Shown here in pieces: positions 8,701-20,700 of a stretch of 28,219 nucleotides of DNA (position 1 is the stretch's first letter; every line of letters starts with the position of its first letter). The position numbers and the translations under genes are program-made. The notes under the pieces are model-generated. The model made no database searches and was not told the origin of the DNA. It was given only the letters and a program-made list of their open reading frames with translations. The DNA comes from a virus (taxonomy: Duplodnaviria > Caudoviricetes), in IMG/VR virus record IMGVR_UViG_3300030331_005938, positions 1-28,219 of that record. One strand, 5' to 3'.

Positions 8701-11700
8701 ATTGTGATATACTTTCTACAATATCATTAACTGCAAAAGTACCTTTTACCATTTTAATTGGAAGATACTTAGGAACTGCATATTTTGTTAAATCAGTGTT
8801 TTCCATGAAAACATAGAATCTTGTATTTGGTTTTAATCTCTGAGCAAAAACCTCAACATTTCTTGATCTCACATTATAAAGGATATTCATCCCTACAACT
8901 TTTGTTCCCAAGTCAATAACTTCTTGACCTGCAGATAACTCTAAACCAAATGTTTTTTCTACACCAGATTCTTCAAATGTTTGTCTAATTGTATTTTCAA
9001 CATCCTTAGTTGTTGTTGTGGTTGTTACTATGTTATTTCCATGATCTTGAACGTCTCTAGTTGTAGATGAAGATAAAATTTCCTGTCCAATCAATTCTTC
9101 ATCAACTAAAGTAGCACTATCTCTACCATTCCAAGTAGTTTCATGAGAATTCCAGAAACTTGATGCCATTCCACCATTATCATCATCTACTCCCAATAAA
9201 TCGGCTATACTATCAAAAACACTATCTACTTGAATATTTTGTGATGGTAAAACTGTTTCTTCAATCCAAAAATCAGAACTTGGAGTTAACTCAATTGATC
9301 CAACGAATATATCTGTGAGGAATGGATTTAAATTTTCAACTCTAGTTGCATTTGGTTGATCTATAAATGTAACGTCTGTATAACTTAGAGTTAATGCAGG
9401 CCCTCCTCTAGTTATGTTGAGATCATCAAAATCTTCAGTAAATTTATAATCAGTGGTTATTGGGTTTTTAGATGAAGTATTTGTTTCAAAAACTAGTGAT
9501 ATATTTCTTTCTGTAGATCTAGGTCTACATTCTCCCTTTACTATATCAATATCAAAATTAGATTCTCCTTTTAAATTATGTGTTTTATGAGTTTTAAAAT
9601 TATCCACATAAAAACCAGATTTAAATTTATCTAATCCTGTGTTAGGATCTTTTACCGATAAGTTTTTAGTATCAGTTTCAAGTAGAGATAAAGTTGTATA
9701 ATTTTCTAAAGTTTTTATTCTATGTTCAAGACTACCAATATCTCTCATGGTATATCTTTTATGTGGAACAGTTTTAGTTAAAACTTCATTTGCCTCACGA
9801 ACATATGGAGGATATGAAAGTGTTGCGACTTGGAAAGATCCCTCATCATGAACTGGTGATTTTGGTACTCTAGATGGTTTTCCCTCTTTTAAAGTAAAGA
9901 CTCCTTCTTTTGTTAAGTATAATCTATCAACTCTACCTAAGTAGTAAGAATAATCCACAACAACAGTTTTATTTGTCACTACTGTTTCGGAATTAGATGA
10001 TGAAAAATTCCTAGACGCATAAGAGAATGGAGAATTACTATTTGCTGTGTATGGTGCAACTCTAGGTCTAAAATCAATATAATCTGAAGCCCAACTGTCA
10101 AAAACAAATGGCAAATCTCTTGAATAATCAAGAGTATTGTAACTGTTTACAGTTTCAATATTACCGACTGACTCATCGTTTACTAGGCGATCAAAGATAA
10201 CTCTCAATTTACGAGTTGGTTTTTCTGTATCTGGATTTCTAACAAGTCTTGCATAGTCTACGAAATCATTTCGATGCCCACTATCTAAAGTAAAATCATC
10301 AAGTATATTTGAATCACCAATAGTTATATTAGATATTTTAGCTGTTATCCCAGAGGTCTTCAGAGCGATGATTTCATCTAATTGGAATACATTTTCGTTT
10401 TCATAAACAAAAGATAACTGAGTTGCTCCTACAACCACTACACGAGCAACTGCACCTGAAGTCCCACCAATAAATTGTTCCCCAACCAATACATTGCTTG
10501 TAAATGTATCACTCTGCTCACTAACAGCTATTGCTGGTAATTCAGGATCATTAGTATCATTTGATTCTAATACTGCTAAAACACGAGTTGCCTCTGGAAA
10601 ATTTAATGATATTTCTTCGTCTTGAACTCTCGTTCCATAAACTTCATTAAAAGATAATCCATCATTTAAAGATGTTGATCCAATACCAGATCCTGATAAC
10701 TCAGATTTACTAACAATTAAATTTTCGCATCTTGAAATAGTTTTTTGTTTTGAAACTAATTTACTTCTTCTTATTGCAGCAGTTAATTCTGCAGTTCCAT
10801 TTGGTAATCCAGAGATAGTTACTGTTTTAAGATTACTTGAAACAGTTACCTGAGAATCAAAAAGAGTTATTGGTACATTATTTACATCTAAAAAATAATT
10901 TGATGAACTAAACAGTTCAAAAAATAATTCACTAGTATCTCCACCAAGTGAAGAAATATTAAAGGTAGCAGAACTCGCTGAAACTGTTGTTGTAAATTGT
11001 TTTCTAGTAATATATGAACTGTCCAGAACATTCATGGATGAAATATATTTGTCTGCTAATTTAACTCTTAAACCAGGATTATCCGATTCATTTAAAGTTG
11101 GAATTAAAACAGAAATGGAAACTGGATCAACATTTTCTACTGAACCATCACAAACGTTAAAAACATTTGCATTTGATGCAAGACCAACACTATTGACACC
11201 TACTTGAGTTACTGTATTGAATTGTGGAAGATCATTTATTCCTCCTCCTGCTGAATATGAAATTACATCACCGACTTTTAATTGACTTCTAAAATCAGCA
11301 ACTGATGCAGATCTTAACGTATTATTATTGGTTATATTAAATTGAGATCCTTCGGGAAATACTTGTTTTTTACGATCTAAAACAGTATTTGCAGCAAATG
11401 TTGTACTTCCAGATCCTACTCCTCCAATTGAACCACTAGTGCTATGAACTGCTTTAATTGATTCAATATCATTATCAACTATTGCTGTAACATTATTACC
11501 AGAATCAATTCCATTTATAATTAGTGGTTCATTAATTTGAAATTCTCCATTTACATCACGAAGAGTTATTGAAGTATTATTAGTAACTGCTGAAACCACA
11601 TATCCTGCCGATCCACTAAATTTACCTTTTACATAAGAATCTGCAGTAATAGTTGAACTATTGGATATAGTTAAAACTGTGTAGAGTTGAATGTCATAAA

Positions 11701-13087
11701 TTTTTAGATCAAAAGTTGTGACTCCTATACCTGCAGCTGCTTTTTGATTAAAATCAAAAACTCTAGCATCTCCAATAATTGTTCCATTTTCGGCAAATTT
11801 AGTTGTATTTAATCTTCTATTAACTAATTTTATTTTTGCATCATTTCCAAATCCAATCGCTGGTGTTCCTTTTAAATTTGTAAGTTTTATCGATGTACCT
11901 ACTCTAATTGGAACACTTTGATTTTCAAGTAATTTAGTTGTTCTTGGTTTTAATATATCTAAAGATGAAGTAGATACCTTTTCAATCTCATAACCCCTTA
12001 CAAATGCTTTTCCAGATGAAATTTGTAATGTAATGATATCATCAGAAGGAGTATTTCCATTTTTAGTTGTTTGGGTGTCAAAATATATTCCTCTATTTCC
12101 AATTCTATCATTTAAAGATTCTCTTACTTCAAGGGAAAATGGTCTTACATAATAATCTCCAGATTCATCATAAGTTCTTCTGGCTAATTCGGATGCAAAA
12201 ATATTATACTCTGTTTTTGTTACTATCTCCTCTACAGTTCCATTTTCAACTCTAAAAAGTTCAACAAAATTACCATCATCATTATCAGTTAAAGATTTTT
12301 TGTGTAACGTTGTTGATAATTTAAATCTATCAGCACCTGGTGCTGCTTCATTAGCAAATCCCTTTGCATTATCATATAAATCAGAGTTAACTAAAGATGG
12401 ACTCACAACCTCTTCCTTTAGTAAAAATCCAACTCTATAACTTGGTTTATTTGTATATTGATCTAGTATTATAGTAGAAGTTACATTTTTAACAAAAAAT
12501 CCTCTAATAAAAAATACACCTTCGCTTACAGAAAGTGCAGATCCAGTGGATGTTGAATCTGAAACAATACATCTTGCAAACTGTCCATTTGCTGCGATAC
12601 TTGTGTTAGCATAATTTATACTAGAAAGTGTTATTAAATTTTCTCCATCAGCAAAAATTTTTGTTGAACCATCTGTGCCTGATTTGGTATATTTTATATA
12701 AAGAGTATCAAACCCATCAATTGACTGTGAAGATGTTAATCTATTAACTACTATTGCCTCTACACCAGTGGTTTCTCCTTTTATTTCTATTTTATTATCT
12801 GCTAAAATTTTTGTATAACTACTAACTGGAATATTTAAAAAATTAGGATCTATTTTTACAGCAGTATAATCAGGATCGTAAGAAACTCCACCTGGAATTA
12901 TCATCGCACCTTCTTTGAAAAAATGCTGTCCAAATTTTTCAACTTGATCTTGTAAAATTGTTTGTAAAGTAGTTAATTCTCTAGCTTGAACTGGAAATCC
13001 TGGTTTAAATAAAACCTTGTGATAGTTTTTACTATCAACAAAATCATCAAAATAAGGAGAAACGTTTAAATTAGTATTTTGTGGCAT
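5717..13087 (-). CDS. Large virion structural protein, VrlC-like / DUF4815 family (2456 aa)
   Basis: MPQNTNLNVSPYFDDF...KVLFKPGFPVQARELTTLQTILQDQ, APGADR, LARRTYDESGDY, KRYTMRDIGSLEHRIKTLENYTTLSLLE, DKFKSGFYVDNF and DPLAQSF are motifs of the protein that follows gp8 in marine T4-like phages. Confidence 0.9.
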   Translation of the reverse strand: MPQNTNLNVSPYFDDFVDSKNYHKVLFKPGFPVQARELTTLQTILQDQVEKFGQHFFKEGAMIIPGGVSYDPDYTAVKIDPNFLNIPVSSYTKILADNKIEIKGETTGVEAIVVNRLTSSQSIDGFDTLYIKYTKSGTDGSTKIFADGENLITLSSINYANTSIAANGQFARCIVSDSTSTGSALSVSEGVFFIRGFFVKNVTSTIILDQYTNKPSYRVGFLLKEEVVSPSLVNSDLYDNAKGFANEAAPGADRFKLSTTLHKKSLTDNDDGNFVELFRVENGTVEEIVTKTEYNIFASELARRTYDESGDYYVRPFSLEVRESLNDRIGNRGIYFDTQTTKNGNTPSDDIITLQISSGKAFVRGYEIEKVSTSSLDILKPRTTKLLENQSVPIRVGTSIKLTNLKGTPAIGFGNDAKIKLVNRRLNTTKFAENGTIIGDARVFDFNQKAAAGIGVTTFDLKIYDIQLYTVLTISNSSTITADSYVKGKFSGSAGYVVSAVTNNTSITLRDVNGEFQINEPLIINGIDSGNNVTAIVDNDIESIKAVHSTSGSIGGVGSGSTTFAANTVLDRKKQVFPEGSQFNITNNNTLRSASVADFRSQLKVGDVISYSAGGGINDLPQFNTVTQVGVNSVGLASNANVFNVCDGSVENVDPVSISVLIPTLNESDNPGLRVKLADKYISSMNVLDSSYITRKQFTTTVSASSATFNISSLGGDTSELFFELFSSSNYFLDVNNVPITLFDSQVTVSSNLKTVTISGLPNGTAELTAAIRRSKLVSKQKTISRCENLIVSKSELSGSGIGSTSLNDGLSFNEVYGTRVQDEEISLNFPEATRVLAVLESNDTNDPELPAIAVSEQSDTFTSNVLVGEQFIGGTSGAVARVVVVGATQLSFVYENENVFQLDEIIALKTSGITAKISNITIGDSNILDDFTLDSGHRNDFVDYARLVRNPDTEKPTRKLRVIFDRLVNDESVGNIETVNSYNTLDYSRDLPFVFDSWASDYIDFRPRVAPYTANSNSPFSYASRNFSSSNSETVVTNKTVVVDYSYYLGRVDRLYLTKEGVFTLKEGKPSRVPKSPVHDEGSFQVATLSYPPYVREANEVLTKTVPHKRYTMRDIGSLEHRIKTLENYTTLSLLETDTKNLSVKDPNTGLDKFKSGFYVDNFKTHKTHNLKGESNFDIDIVKGECRPRSTERNISLVFETNTSSKNPITTDYKFTEDFDDLNITRGGPALTLSYTDVTFIDQPNATRVENLNPFLTDIFVGSIELTPSSDFWIEETVLPSQNIQVDSVFDSIADLLGVDDDNGGMASSFWNSHETTWNGRDSATLVDEELIGQEILSSSTTRDVQDHGNNIVTTTTTTKDVENTIRQTFEESGVEKTFGLELSAGQEVIDLGTKVVGMNILYNVRSRNVEVFAQRLKPNTRFYVFMENTDLTKYAVPKYLPIKMVKGTFAVNDIVESISQSNEFTTTPEIRFRVATLNHKEGPYNDPEDTITNLPYPTTTLSSAYSSTSEVLNIDTADLSLENNVENSGYVIKGMEIVNESGTAEATVQDLALFSDEKGDLIFSLHIPDPKITSNPVFTTGNNTIRITTDSGNASILDPGSSSAEAEYFASGYQTSTQEQTLSIKQPQIERVQIGSKDVTRKFTKDRTETETIIETDIDIEEVDDDDPLAQSFQVKSETYKNGIFITGGELFFKTKDEKIPVTVQIRTMRDGIPTKTVVPFAETKIKPKNVKLSQDGSEATSFKFKTPVYLQSGYEYALVLMAPATLNYLAFINRMGESDLITQGINSTQPVLGSLFKSQNNSTWTPSQYEDLKFKLNKAQFVTNVPSSVLLFNSRIKRHRIKKKNPAIAFSKRVSVNLGSTTQTVFTQGDKFEQTVDSFNHTAKVFAVGGPIKTGASGNNLTRVENTGIGLTPTSGSQVYSGIGFTSLTGFGQGATANVTVQNGAVTAANINIQNGGSGYAPGDLLMLNPLGSTGSGVRVIVKGHVGLAGTNVIILDDVKNNFIDSQDMKHFPNGGGENTIADGDVTSVIPDPVRDGYTMKVRHRNHGMHSNTNEVKITRFNSDVKPTTLTQKIDDDTTIISVTSSTGFDKFEDQTVSADFPGFVQIDKEIIKYTGVSGNDLTGITRSIDSGDDERRKSNHKAKAYVYKYEFNGISLRKINKRHDIDPREKTFNSYHVKVSTASTEVSFKTTKTGGGNDLRVTQNIPFEAINPQITSITPTGTNISARIKTTSGTSLSGNEPSFNDMGYETVALNKINYFDTPRMVASGTNEFQLLDNQKSLSLELTLTTNDSDVSPMINLDTANAILLSNLVDDKVDNFETDNRTKIPGSEPNNAVYETKMINLEFVSNSLLVQFDGHREAEGDIRVFYKLVRSDGSGVRQSYVPFNGDGLSDNSVKPNRTRNSFSEYKFTAENTPQFNGFMIKVVMTSTNQAKPPRLKNFRAIALRSFEID

Positions 13088-13091
13088 CTTT

Positions 13092-14684
13092 TTAGAATTC
13101 TATGACGATTTTTACTTCTTCTTTTTGTGAAGTTGTTCTTGTTACTGGTGCTCTATTATCAACATAGATAATGTCTCCAGAATATTTTTTAACATCTGGG
13201 TTTGCTTTTCCGTTAACAAATGTTTGACCTAAACTTTGGCTTGCACCACCGACAGTAGCAGTACCACCGTTAAAATTGTCATCAACAGTTGCATTTTCTG
13301 GACTTCCTCCAGTAATTACAATATTTTCACCTACAAAATCAAGTTTTTGATAAGAGTATTGTGAAAGTGTTGAAAAACCAACTGGTTGATAGTATTTTAG
13401 TACTCCAGTTTCTGGATCCCAAGAAGCAACATAACCAACCGCAGTAGATCCGAGTCCAACAGTTTGAGTAATTAAACTGTTAGAAGTATATGTTATATCT
13501 GAAATTTTTTTACTAGAACCATCAGCAGGTTTTAACTTTAAAGCACTTAAATTAGTTGCAGTCGTACTATTTAGAAGGTCAGTTCCACTTAATTGAAGTG
13601 GGTTTCTAACTATTCCAACACGAGAAAAGTTATTACCTACAACATAATCGGGAGCATCATTAATATTATTATCAAATTTAGCATATGTCATAACTCTAAA
13701 TCCACCCAATTCACGATATACATCAGCACCATGTCCCCCTTTTGGAGGTATTACCACTTCAAAACTTGCACCACTTCCTGCTTCAAGATCTTTCCCGTTA
13801 TATGTTCCAGATTCAAATCTAACTTCAGCATAAGTATAACCACTTCCACCAACTACACTTTCTACACGTTCAATTGATTTATTACTAATTTTTATAGTTA
13901 CAAATCCACCAGTTCCATCTCCATCGATTGGAATACCTGAAATTGAACCATTAGGAAAACCATCTATATCAATGGCAGTTCCTTTACTTTTTAATACAAC
14001 AGTTTCAATTTTTCCGTCTACAGCAGCATCTTTAATTGCTAAATTAGAAGTATCTCCCCATTTTTGTGGAAGTGGTATAAATTTTGTTGTAACAAATTTT
14101 ACTATATCTGATGGTGTGATACTGTAAAGGTATTTCCACAAATACCCATCAGATCCATTACCAGCTGCCTGTGGAGTTGTATTTGTATGAGTTGGTTCTA
14201 TTTCAGATCCCACTCCCTTAGTATTATCTGGACTTGTTCCGTTGTTAATACAAAGATAAACTTTAAATTCAGAAGTTACAACATAGTAATTTGACCCATA
14301 AAGAGATGTAGAATTAGTGTTTGGTGTTCTATTCTCATCAGTGTAACTATTATCAGCTGAATAATTATTTCTATACATTTCATATACAGTTCCCACTTGC
14401 CAATTTATTCTTGGAATTACCCTTCGAACATCATTTGATGTAATTTTTTTTAAAAATAACATACTATCATAGTAAAAACTTTCTTGAGAAAAAGAATCTA
14501 CTGGAGCTGGCAATTCTGCACCCCAATTAGGAGCTCCATAATTTTTAATGCTTATATTTGTGGGATTTGGATGTCCCAGAAACGCATAATAATTATTATT
14601 TCCAGATGTGCCAATACCTACAAAACTATCAACAAAAGTTTCTGCATTTAAAATTCGATATTGGTCAGTGATTATTGCGGGCAT
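13092..14684 (-). CDS. gp8: Baseplate wedge subunit gp8
   Basis: MPAIITDQYRILNA, RINWQVGTVYEMY, YYVVTSEFKVYLCINNG, DGYLWKYLYSI, PPKGGHG and SGDIIYVDNR...QKEEVKIVIEF match gp8. Synteny gp6-gp7-gp8. Confidence 0.92.
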   Translation of the reverse strand: MPAIITDQYRILNAETFVDSFVGIGTSGNNNYYAFLGHPNPTNISIKNYGAPNWGAELPAPVDSFSQESFYYDSMLFLKKITSNDVRRVIPRINWQVGTVYEMYRNNYSADNSYTDENRTPNTNSTSLYGSNYYVVTSEFKVYLCINNGTSPDNTKGVGSEIEPTHTNTTPQAAGNGSDGYLWKYLYSITPSDIVKFVTTKFIPLPQKWGDTSNLAIKDAAVDGKIETVVLKSKGTAIDIDGFPNGSISGIPIDGDGTGGFVTIKISNKSIERVESVVGGSGYTYAEVRFESGTYNGKDLEAGSGASFEVVIPPKGGHGADVYRELGGFRVMTYAKFDNNINDAPDYVVGNNFSRVGIVRNPLQLSGTDLLNSTTATNLSALKLKPADGSSKKISDITYTSNSLITQTVGLGSTAVGYVASWDPETGVLKYYQPVGFSTLSQYSYQKLDFVGENIVITGGSPENATVDDNFNGGTATVGGASQSLGQTFVNGKANPDVKKYSGDIIYVDNRAPVTRTTSQKEEVKIVIEF

Positions 14685-14705
14685 TGATACTTACATTTTT
14701 TTGAT

Positions 14706-14713
14706 TATTTATA
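14706..14713 (-). promoter_or_regulatory. T4-type late promoter TATAAATA
   Basis: Exact consensus in the gp7-gp8 intergenic gap, 21 nt upstream of the gp8 ATG. Confidence 0.85.
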
Positions 14714-14717
14714 CCTG

Positions 14718-17700
14718 TTATGAGTAAGAAGTTCTCAGAGGTAGAGTTCTTACAATTTGAGCTGAGGTTTCGATTCCAAGTAAACCGTTTTGGTTATGGA
14801 AAGTAAATGGTTTTGAAGTAGAACTTCTACTTACATTAATTGCACCCCAACTATAATTTCCAGATTTGAAATGAGTAGACAAACCTGCAGTATTTATTCC
14901 TGAAACTGAATTGACATTTGCAAAAATTCTTGTTATTGAAGATCCAACAGAAACAAAATGCTCGACATAATATACATTATCTAAGAAACTATTACCAATA
15001 CTTACAGTTTCTGGCCCAGAAGAAGTTGTTCTTATTCCAGTGATTCCATTTCCTATAAATGTATTTTCAATTACAAAATAATCACCAGTTGATATTCCTG
15101 ATCTTGTTATTTTATTTGTTGATCCTGGATTCTGAGAGTATATTCCAAAATCTTCAGTAGGATCTGGTTTAATTTCAAAAAAGAGAGCAGGGCCGCTTGT
15201 ATTGATACCTACTGAACTAACACCAATACCAACTACGATTCCATAATCTCCAGCATATGTTACCCTTTCAATTGTCTCTACAACAGCAGTTGTTCCTAAT
15301 CCAACTATGCTTATATCGTTTTGAGTTTGTCCTAAATTATCCACTTGTTGGAATAACCAAGTATCTTTAACACATATTTTTGTATCAGAAGAACTAATAG
15401 ATTTTATAATTCCTGTTGTTGGTAGTATTTGTGGTTCCAAAGAATTTCTTTCTTTTGATATACTCTGACCATCGATAACTACATCAGTTGTTTGCTTTCT
15501 CCACATCACAGGACGAGAGAAATCAGGATCAGTGGATATACCAACTCCTGAATATGTTGTGGTTTCTACAGTATCTGATGCAATTAACTCATATACAACT
15601 CGATTACTTTGCTCTGATTCTTTATCTTCGACAATTCTAGATTCGGTTCTAACCTTTGAATCATCATCAATTGTAACTCTAACAGATAAATTTGATCCAG
15701 AACCACCAATCGCATTTTTTATTCCAGATGTATATAATGTTCCAGTGTTTATAATACTTACACCTGTAACTTCTCCAAGAGGATCACCATTTTCATCAAC
15801 TGAAGATGATATTGAATCAATTTTTAGTTTAACTAAATCTGCATTTGGATTTCTAGGAAAACCTGTATTACCAATTCCTGATTCATCAGATCCACCCAAG
15901 AGTTCCACTTCTTCACCTATACTATATCCAGTTCCACTGTTTACTATAGTAACAGTATCAACTAAATTATGAGGAGTTGCTGTTACAATACCAGAATTAA
16001 CAGTTTCTTCACTAAAGTATTGCAATCTTAATTCATCACCTGGTTTTATTGTTTCATCAACATCGGTTTCAACAAAGTCGTCATTTGATCCAGTATAGAA
16101 ATAAATTTTAAATTTACTTCCTGATTTTGGAGCTTCTTTGAAACTAAATCTTGTTCCACTTTCAAAAGTATAGTCTTTATCTGGTATTTGTAAAATATCA
16201 TTAATGAAGACTAAGAAATTATTTTTAAGAATAATTCCTGATCCTTCTCTTGCCACTATACTATAATATTGTTTATCTGTGATAGTTCTAGTAAGAAGGA
16301 ATGATTTTCTAAATCCATTAAATTGTGAACTAAAATCATCAAGTTCTAACAACTGTCCGAAAGTCCATCCTGAGAATTTATCTTGGAATTTATTTTTTAC
16401 AGTAATGTTAAATGCACTTGTTCCTATTCCAACTTGGAATGGTAAAGTTGTCAATTGTAAAGTATCCTCAATTTCATAACCAATACCACGATTTGACATG
16501 TTGAACGATATAATACTTCCACCAGTTCCCACAACAACATCCATAGTAGCACCTGATCCGTTACCACCAGACAGAGGTATATTTTTATAAGGACTTGGAG
16601 GTGCCACTGTAACAAAATTAATTCCAGTTGAAATTCCTGTGGATGTATAACCAGTACCAGGATTATTAATAGTCACAGATGTAACTACACCAGCAGTAAC
16701 AAAAGCAGAAATGGCTGCTCCAACTCCAGTTGTTGAACTAACAGATACTAATGGATTTGCTAGATAACCTGCACCTCCACTTGCTATGCCAACAGATTGA
16801 ATTGTTCCACCTGCAGATACAACTGCAGTAAATATTGCTTTTCTTGGAATTTGATATCCACTTCCTATTCCAACATCAAATTCATTAATAATTCCACCTC
16901 TAGGTAAATCTTTATCTAGAGAACTTCCAGTAAAATCAATTGTCTGCCCAGATCCAACTAATCTGTAATCTGATTTATTAATATCCCCAACATCTCCATA
17001 AAAAGGTTTTTGGAAAATATTATTAATCAATAGTGTTCCAAATTTTTCACTAGTAATTCCAGATATATCATTTCCTCTTGATGTTATAGCAAACTTATCT
17101 GTAGATCCATCAAATCTATCTGATATATCATCAATAATTAAATTAGTGGTATAATCTAATCGATAATATGCTCTTCCAGAAAAAGTGGAAAAAGTAACAA
17201 TACCAGAACTAGCAGTCGGGCCATAAGGTGCTTCAGAGAAATATATTCTTCCCTGATCAATTCTATAATCACCTTTAACTACTGTAACTGCTGCACCAAC
17301 AGTATGTGCTGCAGAAACAGTTCCCATTTCACCTCTTATTACATTTAATGAATTTGTAGATCCAACACCAACTAAATTTACTTTAACTATTTCATCTTCA
17401 ATTTGAATCAATGATTTTCCTGAAATTTCTGAAACATCATTTAAAAATATAATATCTGTTGATAATCCAACTGCAGTAGATAATCCTACAGAAATAATTG
17501 TTGAAAATCCAACAGGACTTTGAATCATATTATCAATGGAAATTAAAGTTCTAATTGTAGCATCATCCGATGGAACAAAAATAGTATTGGTGTTACCAAT
17601 ACCACTTGTATTAGTAAAGGAAACTGCAACTCCAGCAGAAGCAAAACTGGCAGCAATCGCAATTTTAACTTTATCATTATCAACTTTAATTGCGAAAATT

Positions 17701-20700
17701 TCTGATGGTAATAAAGTTGTTGCAGCAACACCTGTATTTGTATCTGATGTAGTTCCAATTCCAATTGGAGACTGACCAGAATGAGGTTTATATATTAATC
17801 TTTCACCTGTATTAAAATTATGATTAGGGATAGTTAACTGATGATTTGTAGTGTTTATAGTAGATGGGTCAAATTCCCTATGGAATAATGAATCACCTCC
17901 AGTAAATAAATTAAAATTAGTTGTTCCTATGACTCCACCACCAGTTGAAGTTACGATTCCTGTAAATTGTGAACTTATATCATCAATTAAAAGAACTTTA
18001 TTAGATACTGATTCATTATAATCTGTTAAAACTTTAGATCTAAATATGACTAATTTTGATAAATTTTCATCTTCAGTGTCCTCACCAACCATATCATAAT
18101 AAAATCTTTCATGAACAGATGCTTCCTCATCAATATTAACATCAAAGTCTATTTGTGATTCTGCAGTTGGTTTTAGATTTGTTTTTCCTTCGGTTGCATT
18201 AGCGGTTGTACCTATACCTAAATTACAGAAATTCTTAAATCCTGCAATATGACCTAAACTATTAACAGAATCTTTCCACATTTCAAATGGAACATCACCT
18301 TTTATTGAATAAGAAAATCTTTGATAATAATCATTATCATGTATTTTTTGGATATCTAAATTTAATTTACCAACATCATCTTTCCAACCATTAAAGTTTC
18401 TTGCAGTGCTGTTTACATCTAAATCAAAATCAAATTTAAATTGTTTTGTTACTGTTCCTTTATTATCACTTATAGTTCCTCTAATAACATCACCCTCTAC
18501 AAAATCTCCATTAGCATTAAATATTTTTAAAGATTCTGATAATTGATCCCAACCATTTTTAGCTACCACTCCCAAAGTATTTTTTCCAATAACTTTAACA
18601 ACTTCATTATCATTGAAAGATGTCTTTTTAAATACTGGAGAAAATTCTGCTAAATTTTCTTTTTTTATAACTCTACCAAAATTATTATCTACTTGATAAA
18701 TTCCCCCACTTGCTCCAAGACCAACTAAAGAGTAACTTACGGATTCTTCACCACCTCTAGTATCAATACCAACTACAGTGAAATATTTGTAATTATAATC
18801 ACTTGAATTATATCCATCTGCTTGATTTGTTATTTTAATATTTTCAACAAATATTTCATCACCTATCTCAAAGGGAAAACTACCAGAATTATTGTAAAAA
18901 CCACTGCCAGATCCAGAGTCTGGAATTGGTGCTCTTAATTCTAATGTAACTGTTTTATTAGAGTCAGTTGATGCTCCTTTTACAACAATTCCGTTAGAAT
19001 TTGTTATTGGTATTATTCTAAGATCTTCAGATAAACCACTTTCATTTGCTAAAATTTTAATATTATTAACTGAAGATCCCGTTAAAAATGTCTGTGCAAC
19101 TATAGATGTTTTACCTATAGCTAACACATTTGGTGGACTTGTATAATTAATTCCACCTGAAATTATATCTATGCGTTCAAGAGTTAAAGTATCCTTTAGT
19201 TCTAAAATTAAATTACTATCTGCTTTTGGTTTTAAAGTTTTATCTGGTGAAAATTCTAATCCTTGATTCACAACTTGAGTGTCAGAAACAGATCCAATTT
19301 TATCTGTTTCTACAGATACAACAGCGTTTACTCCAGTTGTAGTTCCTATGGAAGTAACAATTGGTAAATTATCAACATTTATTCCATCACTAAGAACTTT
19401 TACAGAATATATTCCTCCAATTTCTCCTGTTGATTGTGTTGAATAAAATGCAGATGAAAAACCTGAAGATGTATACGAATTAGTTTCTGCTATAATTTTC
19501 GGATTAAAATTGAATGTAGTACTTCCGATTCCAGTAACTATGTGTTCTCTATTAAAAATAGAATCAACTACTTCTATCTTGGCATAATCAATAACTCTTT
19601 CATCAACTGGTAAAAATAAAGTTTTACTTATATTATTATTTTTTCCTTCAATTTTATAGAAAAATTCAGTAGATAAAGAACTTCCAACAGATATTAAAAT
19701 ACTACCACTTGTTTTAGTGATTAAATTTGTGTTATATTTTGATTGAAAATTTATATCTTCATAAAAGTCTATATCAAAATCATTTAGACTTGAATCTGAT
19801 GTTATTAAATTTATTTGGTTATTTTTATAAAAAGTTAATTTTGGATTTATTTTTGATATTTGATGATTCTGTCCACTAGTTGCCCCAATACTTATATAAT
19901 TAACTGGAAACTGAGATAAATCATATAAATTTTCTGCTAATCTAATATCATTTATTGAATCTTTAATTACATAGTAAACACCATTATTAACTAATGGAGT
20001 CGCTGGTGTTGATGAATTATAAACAACTAAATCTCCAGTTTTAAAATCATGATTATCAATTTTTATCCTAGAATTTGTTGTTCCTATTCCTATAGCTGAA
20101 TCTAGAAAAGATATAGGATTAACTACCAACTTTCCAATAGTTGAATTATATCTTAAATCAAAAGTTTGTGTATTACTTGAAGTTATATGTAATTCAAATT
20201 TATCTCTTTCAGATAACCCATGCTGCTGTCCTGTAGTTGTAGCTGTGGCAACAGTTACTGTTCCATTTATTTTTCTTACAAAACCAGAAATATTTTCAGT
20301 TATTCTTTCAATCTTATTATCATCACCATTACTGATATTGATTGATTCAAAAAATATTTGATTAGAATTAAAATTTGTTTTTTCTGTTGATAATCCAATA
20401 AAATCATCGTTTATTTTAGAACAATAAAATGTGCCAATCCCAGCTAAATCAAATGCATTTGATAAGTTAACATTTTTTGTTCCCTTAACAGTTGATCCAA
20501 TAGAAGTTAATCTTACTTCATCACCATTTTCAAAATTATGATTTGGTAGATATATTGCTTTTGCTGGAATTGATTTGTTAATTGGTAAACTACCAGCAAA
20601 TCCAACTACTACATTGGTAGTTGTTGTTCCTATCCCAACCGATTTATCCAATTCAAAATATCTTGTTGCTGATAACTGTACATTTTTATTTTTAACATCC

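Noticed and set aside
14891-14898. AATAAATA inside the 3' end of gp7
   Set aside because: Intragenic, likely by chance in AT-rich DNA, and a perfect promoter already lies at 14706-14713.
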